A stretch of DNA of 62,649 bases, the filler included, from Streblomastix strix (taxonomy: Eukaryota): assembly GCA_008636045.1 (NCBI GenBank). It is 4 parts of 4 records of this genome, joined end to end, with 100 filler letters (N's around TTAATTAATTAA, not from the genome) between each part and the next. Parts side by side here need not be neighbours in the genome. Positions count along the whole stretch, not along the records: positions 47,076 to 62,649 come from SNRW01000962.1; 3 more parts are not named here. One strand, given 5' to 3'. The position numbers were made by a program, and so were the translations under genes. The notes under the pieces are model-generated. The model did no database searches, was not told the DNA's origin, and worked only from the letters and a program-made list of their open reading frames with translations. Below, piece after piece: positions 53,876 to 62,649 of this stretch (position 1 is the first letter of the stretch; every line of letters starts with the position of its first letter).

Positions 53876-54186
53876 TTTTAATTGTTTAATAAAAAATTAT
53901 ATACATATTATTGTGTAGTTATGAACTATATTTCTGTTCTTATCAATGTTTCATTCACATTTAATGAAATTAAAGAAAAAATAAAATGATTTTTAGTTCA
54001 ATTTCATTTATATCAATTTAATTTATTGACAATTAATTGGAAACTTATTAATAAAATTAATCTAAAAAAGGTAGCCATATAATTTAATAATTGAAATTAG
54101 ATTAAATAAAATAATAAAAAAAATCAAACATTATTTAAATTAAACTTTATAAAATGGATTAATCAATAAAAATAAAAATGTCCTGT

Positions 54187-56401
54187 TCAACGACCTAAAT
54201 AATTAAAAAAGCAATTTGAAATGGTTCTTTTAACAATATATGCTTCATTGTTTATTTCTTCATTGTATTCTTTTTTATTCAATTGCGCATCAATTTCTTC
54301 TAAGCCACTTTCTTCTTCAAATTGTTCTAAATTGAATTTAAGTTCTTTATAATTTATTGGTTGTAATTATTTAGAATTTGTTAAATAAGGATTATAAGTT
54401 TTAAGAAGAAATTAGAAAAAATCTTTGATGTTTTATAGTTATTATTGGATTTCTTCACTTTTTTCTTCACTGCAGCCTCCAGCAGTTGATATTGAAACTA
54501 CAAGAGCATTCATATATCCTTCATGATATAATTGAAATATATTATTATTATTATTGCAATAATCATAAAATGATTACAAAATATATCTGCTATTTAATCT
54601 AATATTATTTTAAATTTTACTTGTTTAATCTATTTTATCTAAATCATTCGATTTGAAATTATACAGATTAATAAGAGATTAGGTAAAATATGGTATGGAA
54701 GAAGTGATTTCACAAATAATATTTCTATCATTACTAAGCATATAAGAAAAGAATTCAAGTGTAGAATTCAATAATGAAATTGATGAAAATCTGATATTTT
54801 GATGATATTTCTTGGATAATTTTGTTTGAAGTTGAGTTTAATTTGCAAATTTAATTATGATTTAGGAAATTGAGTTTAGATTAAAATGTTCATTGAGATG
54901 ATAGGCGTTGAATTGATTATTTTTTAATGAAATTATCTGGAATAAAATGAATGCAGAATTTGGACAATTCCAAAATGTGTGGTCTTAATTCAACATGATA
55001 TGCATATTTGTTCTAATTTTTTTTGTGTAATATTGATGATGATTATAATTAATTTATGAGCACATGTCAATCAGTTATTTTTTAATAAAATCTTTTATTA
55101 TGAATTAATTGACAAAATCTAATAATATTTAAATTATTTTTGCTAATTGATTTTCTGATTATTCAATTTGCATCATATTAAGTTCATTATATTAATCAAT
55201 ATCTTATTTCATGATTATATCATATATAAATTTGATATTCTTTGTTAAAACTTTTAAACTTAATTCCAAGATCTTGCTTGAAATTATTTATCCTTTTGTT
55301 ATTTTTAGATAAATCTTAAGAAGTTGTTCAGATTGAATGGATAATGTTTAATTTTTATTGTCTTCATTAATTAATCTTTATTTTATTATTCTTTCTATCT
55401 TATCAACGAGTCCTGAATTTTAAATTTCATTGAATAGAAGAATTTTATAACTGTTTGAAGAAGCATCAAATACTAATGGATGTTCTAAAATACGGATTGT
55501 AATTATTTCCAAAATCTTCAAAAGAGTGAGTTACAATGGAGATGTTAAATCATTTAATCTCTTTTCAATCAATTCAAAAATTTCAATATCAATAAGCAGT
55601 AGAAAATTTTAAATTTCCATATTCTCAAGTTATATTTAAATCTCATTCAACTTCTAACACTTTTATTATTCTGTAATTTCTTCTGATTTAAGAACTTGTA
55701 CTATTAAGTGTAATTTATTTTCTAATTGTTTAATTTTAAAATTTAAGATTAATTACAATTTAAAAGCAATAATATAATTTTAATTAAAATATATTAAATA
55801 ATAATTTATGAAAACCTTTAGATGATTCAAAGTCAAGAAAACGCTTCAAATTTATGACTTTTATTTTGCTTTTATTTAACCATGAATCATTCAGAATCTT
55901 TTCAGCTTTGAAAATATCTTCTATATTCTACATTGTTACTAATGCAAATCCTTGGGTTTTCACTTTTGAAACTGGAATGAAAATTGATAAGACTTCTCCA
56001 ATAACAGAAAAATGAAACTTAATCTAATTGTATGTAGTTGAAGAATTTAGATTATATACAAGGATTTGAGCTTAATCTTTGGGATTTGGATTAAAATCTA
56101 ATTAAAATGTAATAGAAAATAATAATTTTATAATTAAATTTATTATTTATTAATAAAAATTATAATTTATTTTTAATTCCATACCTATTGATTGATTGAA
56201 ACTTGAAGATATTCCTTTAAATATTTCTATTTCAGTTTAAAATTCAGGAGCGATTAAGTTCAAAGGAACTAATTAACTTTCAATTGTTTAATCCTCTTTC
56301 AATTCTAAATCATTTGAAGTTTCATTGAATTATACTTTAAAAGCATCATGAGTTTCTTGAATTGACTCATCTTTTTCCAATTTTTCAGAATTTGTGATCA
56401 T
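54187..56401 (-). CDS. RRM plus helical (ARM-like) repeat-family protein, two introns, possibly decayed
   Basis: RRM: ILVYNLNSSTTYNQIKFHFSVIGEV..KTQGFALVTM. Introns at ~56098-56184 and ~55722-55816. C-terminus GYMNALVVSISTAGG..EQFEEESGLEEIDAQL is paralogous to the convergent gene. Confidence 0.65.
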
Positions 56402-57365
56402 TTCTTTGATGAACTATTTATATTCTAATAATTGTAATAAAATAAATAAATATTTAACAATTATTGAATAAATAAAATAAAAAGATGAACAAAAAGTAAT
56501 TCATAGTTGAAATAAAAGCAAAAGCAAACTAGAATATCAAAGATAAAATGAAACGAAATAAGGTTAATAATATTAGCCTGCTATTATGTAAAATTAAATT
56601 ATGTTTGAGTAACTGATAATTATAATATTATTTGTATATTAAGTTAATTCTACGGTGAGAAATTTGCAATTTATTAAATAATTTTTATTGTTATTAAATT
56701 GGTGTTACAAGGAAGGTAAATTTTAATTTGTTTGTGAAAATTAATCTAAATTAATTAATTAAATAATATATATAATAATACAATTTAATATAAGTTTGAT
56801 ATTTGAAAAAGAATAATAAATTAATTTTTTATTAATGGAAATCAAAACAAGAAAAGATGTATAAATAACAAAAATTTGATAGAAACACAGAAATTGAGAA
56901 TTGTTAAAGCAGAAGTTGGGATTAAATCAGAGGAAGTAGATGATGGATAAGAAGAGTTAGTAAAAGTATGATTAGATCAAATGATAGTTTCAGTTTAAAT
57001 AGAAGCAGAAGCAGAAGTAAAAGTGGTGATTATCTTAATTCAGAGATTATTTCAGTTGAAATTGGAGAAAAAAGAAGAAACGAATAAAGAAACAATGGAA
57101 AGAAAATTGTTCAGAAATGAAATACATTTTATAATTGCTATTATTTAGTAATTATTGTTCAATTTTAATACTTTCATTTCATTTTATTTATTTATTAGTA
57201 TATGCATTATATTTTATATTTGTTCAAAAATAGAATAAATTCAACGAAACAAAATTGTTCAAATTTAAGACAGATAAAATAAAAAATGATTAGAAATGAT
57301 ATTGAATTGAAATGAGTAGAACTCTTTCTATTAAATTTAATCATTATTTGTTTTAATTAATTTAT

Positions 57366-58400
57366 TCATTTCCATTCTTTTCCCCATTCAAGTGGTTTGG
57401 ATTCTGCAACTCTTTATGAAGTAAATTAAATCAGTCTTTCAAACTTTACCACTGTGAAGGAAGAAGATGGTCTCTATATAAAAGCCTGAATGAATGAAAT
57501 AAAGAATTAATAAATGAATTGTGAATATTAAAGAAATTGAAATATTAACAATGATTTAGAAAGATAAATAAACATATAAAATAATTTAAATAATATATTC
57601 AATGAAAGTATATATTTATTAACTTAATTTGCAAACGAACCCAGAATCTAAACTCAGATGGTATTCCAATCACATAGTTAGGCTGTTCAATGCCATCAAT
57701 GTAAAATACAACTTTACGTGGATTTGATGTCATGTCTACAATAGCACCAATTCATTATCCATATTCATAACTTCCATTTCCTTTTGTATTATCAATTAAG
57801 TGGTCAAGTTCTCTGCTGTTAATATTTTATAAGAGAAAAAGTATATGAAATTATAAAACAATGAAAGAAATAAAGATTCATATAATATAATAAAAATTAT
57901 GATTCATTTATTATCAAAATTTTACTATTAAAATTACTAATATATAAATATATATTATTCAAACTTTTTCCAATATCTAACAGTCATTTATTCAACTACA
58001 TTAGTCGAATTCAATGAAGAGTTGCATGAATAATAATAATTAATAGAAACAGAAAGAATTTAATATTAAATAAAATCAATAATTAATATCAAAAATTGTA
58101 TTGAAATAAAAATTAATTAAATTTAACTAATAATCAAATACTTCCATCATCAGCAGGATGTCTTTAAAAAGCAAAAGAACAAGATGCATCAGCAATACCT
58201 ATGCCTATAAAAAATATATAAAAAAGGTGGATTGAAATAAAGAATAAAAAATTATAATTTTCATTCATTTTCAAATTCACATTTAAATATTCATTTTTTC
58301 ATACCTCTATTTCAGAATTCATTATTCTTAAAGACTATTTCAATTAGAACAATGCCATCCTTTATAATAGGATCAATAGAAATGGCACATTTATCAAAAT
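57366..58400 (-). pseudogene. B30.2/SPRY-like domain host gene, multi-exon, with internal TGAs
   Basis: CAISIDPIIKDGIVLIEIVF | IGIADASCSF | IGAIVDMTSNPRKVVFYIDGIEQPNYVIGIPSEFRFW | SFTVVKFERL..LEWGKEWK*. The exons are separated by GT-AG introns. Confidence 0.65.
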
Positions 58401-59170
58401 TCTTGTCTAAATAGCCAGATAATAACTCAGAGAGTAGGTCAGTAAAACCATTTTTTCTGCAGCCAAATCCACATCTTAATAATATAGCAACTATTGATTA
58501 TATTTCTGGATAATATACTATGGAAGCAAACTAATTCAAAATATATTCAAAAATTGCTTTATCACCATTAGCTATAACTTATTTAATATGATATAACTAT
58601 TGTTATATTAGATTCATGTTTATTTCTTATAGTTCATGATATTTCCAGCCTTAAAACATAGAAAATAATTCTGGATCATCACTTTTGAAATCAACTTCAT
58701 TAACTACGAATAATTTGTGATAAGCAAAAACTAATTATCACAGTGTTTTAGACTTCTTTCTATTAAAATGTGCTGGAATCATGTTTAATACATCTTATAC
58801 GCATGATTTACTTTTCCAAACGAAAATATATTTCTTTTCCAGATTATCGTATTATTTGAATAAGAATGTATCATAATCTACGTGAACATATCTCATTACC
58901 TTAGACATATCAGATATAATATCATCAACACATTAATATTCTTCTAAATAAATATTATCTTTTATATCTGTTAATTTGAATTTCTCTGATAAATCAATTT
59001 TATTTACAACAATTTTACTAATATCGATTTTATCTTCTTCATTATAAGAACTATCATGAGATTTCACCGATGATTTTTTATCATCATCTTTTACTGATTA
59101 TTCTTTGATTTAGAGTTCAGATTCGATATCACCTTTAATTGAAGGATTGTTTGTAGATATTAGGTTAATT
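58400..59170 (-). pseudogene. Fragment of a viral D5-like helicase, ending just after Walker A
   Basis: FSMFQGWKY..HIKQVIANGDKAIFEYILN.FASIVYYP..AILLRCGFGCRKNGFTDLLSELLSGY; same family as 2639-5040 and 25600-28700. Confidence 0.75.
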
Positions 59171-60245
59171 CCAAAGGCGAAGTGGTTTGATGATCAAAAT
59201 TTTATCTACTCACATCACAGCATCTTTCTCTTATTTCATTTCACTTGTACGTATTCAGTTTTTCTTTGACTATTTGACAAACTTGTATGAGTTCTGAACG
59301 TATAGGCGAATAAAATTAATTATTATTAAATATTTAATTCAATTAATTCTTAAGATAGTTCAATTATCCAAAAGAATTTTTTTACTGAAAAGCTGCATGT
59401 ACGTTCTATTTATAATTAAATTATGCATTAGTCCATATATTCAAGAACAATTTTAATTTATCTAATTATTTTAAGAATTAGAATTTGAATTTGAGCATTT
59501 TTATTATTAAATAAAAAAATGATTGAAAACAATCAAAAGATTAAAATTAATGTACGTATCCTCAAACATAAGTTTACCAGTTAAAATATCAAATAATAAT
59601 AACAACTAATTGAAGATGCTCTTATTCACGATTTAAGATACATGCTTTATACGGCTAAATAAATGGAAAAACAAATTACACGCGTAATTCTCTGGCAATT
59701 GTTGCTTTGAATATTGCTATTGAAATTAAAATTATTGCAAAATGGTAATAAATTAAGTAAATAGAGAAGTACTATATTAATTGAATAACTATGTTAAGAC
59801 TTTGGCGCGAATATTTTTACGGTCACGAATGTATATTTTAGTGTCCAAATAATTTTTTTTGTACAACATAATTAGATATAAGTATGATCGTTTAGTAATA
59901 AAATCATATAGCGATCTTGGACTGACCGGAAACTTATATTTATTCGAATAAAACTTTGATTTATTTAACGGAAACTTTGACATAATTAGCTTTTGACTTT
60001 GTTATTTTGATAGTTTATTGCACTTTATACATCTTTTTTCATAACAATTACAAATTGAAATTGGCTATAAGCGATAAAAATAAGAGATTTTATTGATAAT
60101 TCAAGGTTTAAACTATCATATTTATTTGATAATCGACATAACACTCTAATAACTTTTTCATTTTGTTGGACTAATATTGAACAAGTGTAAGTGTAATTAA
60201 ACTCTACACATAAAGTGTATATTGTGTGAAAAAACAAATTTCAGC

Positions 60246-62648
60246 TCAAAGAACGTCCTCGCCCCATGAATTGACCTTAAACGCCACGTTCAGCCCTTCA
60301 AGCAAAGGCGGCATCGAATCCGAATTGGTCTAGGAATTTTCTTTTGTTAACTTCTGAATGTTAATTGGAGAATGCTATTTACTTCTTTCGTTTTGAAGTT
60401 CACCTTTGGAATTAACCTGAAAATCTACAACTAATCCTTCAAGTAAAGGCGGCATCGATTCAGAGCTATCAACGCTTCTTTCGACTTGAACTTCGGGATT
60501 ATTATTCAGTTATGCTGATTAATCCCGGTCTTTACGGGTATCGCGACGTAAGACAACTTATGATTCATCGAAGCCAGGCAATACAATGAGTGGAGGAATT
60601 AAATCTGAAGTAAGATCACTGCTTTTGCTGCTTTGTTGAAGATTACTCTTTGATTTTGAGGGTTTGCTTCTATTTTGGCTTTTCGATTGTGTATTTGAAC
60701 TTTTCTGTAATTTTGTTTTTATTTTATCCTTCTTTGGTGGACTTGATGTTGTTTCAGATGTTTTTGCTTTTCTCTTATTCAATATTGAGGAGACTTTTTC
60801 CTGATATTTATCTCCTTAATCAGAACTGGATGTACTTGAGGATAAACTATCACTATCATTATCTGGAGGTTATGGGGTCATCTCTTCTTCTTGATAGAGA
60901 ACATGTGTTTTGATTTTATCTTTCTATTTCTAATTATCAGTTTCAGCTTTCTTCTTATCCTTTTTCTTTTCTTTATTCTAAATTTTCTTCTTTGAAGTCT
61001 TTTTATTATTTGCAGTCGCATTTGCATGATCCTTTTCTTTCATTTCCTTCTTCTTCTTTTCAAGCACTTCCTTCACTCGTAATTCATTCATTTCTCGAGT
61101 TTCCATTGATGATGATGATTATTATTATTTATGGTCACTATCACTGCTGTAAGTCTATGAAGATGAACTTGAATCTAAATCTGAATCTGGACTGTAGGAT
61201 GATAGACTTCTGGATGAATCTAATTTTTCTGATTCTGAGGAATCTGAATCGCTTCTTTGCTTTTCTTTGCTGATTTTTCTTGATTTTCCTTATTTTTCTT
61301 TGTTTTATTTATCTTTTTATTTATTATTTCTTTCCTTACTTTATTATGATTGTTTTCTTGCATCTTTACTATTTTATGTTTATTTTTCAGTTTTATCAAT
61401 TTTCTGATCTTTCTGATCTTTTTTCTGCAAGTTTGAATCATTTCTTCCAGAAGTAGGTTAGTTTGATGTGACCGAATCTTATAAAACTCTTCTCATTAAT
61501 ATCCTTAATTATTTTGTCTATTTTCTTTCTTCTTCTTCTTCTTACTACTGTAATTGATACTGTTATTATTACTAACTTTGATTCTGAATTTATCTCTGCT
61601 TTTGATCAATTTCATAATCTCTGTTGTTACTACGTTCTGATGAAATCCTTTTCTCAGTATCAGATTCTGGGAAGAAAGTTGTACTTACATGAGTTTATGG
61701 TTTGTGCTTCTATTTATTAGGATTAATTTATTCCTCTTTTTCATCTTCTTCTTTCATTGATCGCACTTCAATGCAAGAAAGATTATCGAATAATTAGATA
61801 TTAGAGTCATTAGATTTCTATTCTTTATTCTTATGTCTAACATATAGAGCAATCACAACAATAATGATAATGACAGCAGCTATAACAACAACTGGTACAA
61901 CAATACTGACTATGAGAGTAGTTTTGCTTTATTTCTCTTTTGTTTCATCTCCAGGTTAATCTGGGCCAGCTTCTCCAATTATTGACGGTTTTACAGTAAT
62001 CCAATTTGCTTAATCTTTCTTCCCTAATTCATATACACTGACTTCCCATTCAAATGAAGAATTCAAACTGTTCAGCAAATAGGATGGAATTAGGATTACT
62101 AATATCTCTGAACTAATCCATTAATTAGTAAATAGAGGATTTTCAATACCAAATTCTAATATCACTCCTACGTCAACTTTATCCTTTTCATGGATTTCTA
62201 ATATAAGTCTTCGCATGCATGGCTCTAAGAATTTGCCTTTAATTACAACTTCAGCTTATTGATTTGTATTATTAACTGTTATTTATGCAGAGTTTGTCTA
62301 TGGAAGTGATCTTGGTTATGCTGATTATCCTTTATATGTAGCTATAACATCACATCTATCATCTAAAGAAGAAAATATCCATCCGTTTCCTGTGGATGTA
62401 AAACTTGTTACATTGTCCAAAGCAATATTAATTGTGGTTGTTCCAATTCCTCCTTCACAAACTACATTAGTCTGCATTGAACTGAGTGTGTTTCTATTTC
62501 TCTATCCATTATTATCAAGAAATGTGTTCTTATCAATTGTAACGCTTGCACCATTCAATGCTCTTACTGCAGGTCCCTCAAATGTTCGTATAGTTGATCC
62601 AGATATTTAAACAGTAGTTTGACCATCAGCAACAATTGCAGCACCATA
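60246..62648 (-). CDS. 5'-partial type I membrane protein: beta-helix (pectin-lyase-like) ectodomain, TM helix, long charged tail
   Basis: One frame is open from the contig end to TGA 60246 under TAR=Gln. Ectodomain VQISGSTIRTFEGPAVRALNGASVTIDKNTFLDNNG; TM LIVSIVVPVVVIAAVIIIIVVIALYV followed by RHKNK. Confidence 0.82.
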
Positions 62649-62649
62649 T

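Noticed and set aside
59789..60237. Two short minus-strand ORFs from the track
   Set aside because: No motifs, and they lie directly downstream of the stop at 60246; probably UTR or intergenic sequence.

Overview
This is not one locus. It is four unrelated ~15.6-kb contigs (1-15605, 15706-31296, 31397-46975, 47076-62649) joined by artificial N44-TTAATTAATTAA-N44 linkers. The DNA is very AT-rich and eukaryotic, with GT-AG introns. It uses the non-canonical code TAA/TAG=Gln with TGA as the only stop, so the supplied standard-code ORF track breaks up or misses almost every real gene. The code, a pyruvate:ferredoxin oxidoreductase pseudogene and the host gene families point to an anaerobic protist, most plausibly an oxymonad such as Streblomastix (inference). 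About half the window is endogenous Polinton/Maverick-like virus DNA written in the host code. Contig 3 is almost entirely one such element. It carries a candidate capsid N-terminus, a small protein with an adenovirus-pVI-like amphipathic helix, phage-tail-fibre-like genes, an A32-type packaging ATPase, an rve integrase, a protein-primed PolB with an HNH insert and an apparently dead proofreading domain, and a divergently transcribed primase(-helicase). Contig 2 holds more decayed pieces of two related elements. Contig 1 has a primase-helicase gene bracketed by inverted repeats, plus kinase, PFOR and hAT-like pseudogenes. Contig 4 is mostly host genes, including a viral-helicase/SPRY-like chimera. 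All protein calls come from manual translation and motif recognition, and pseudogene boundaries are approximate.
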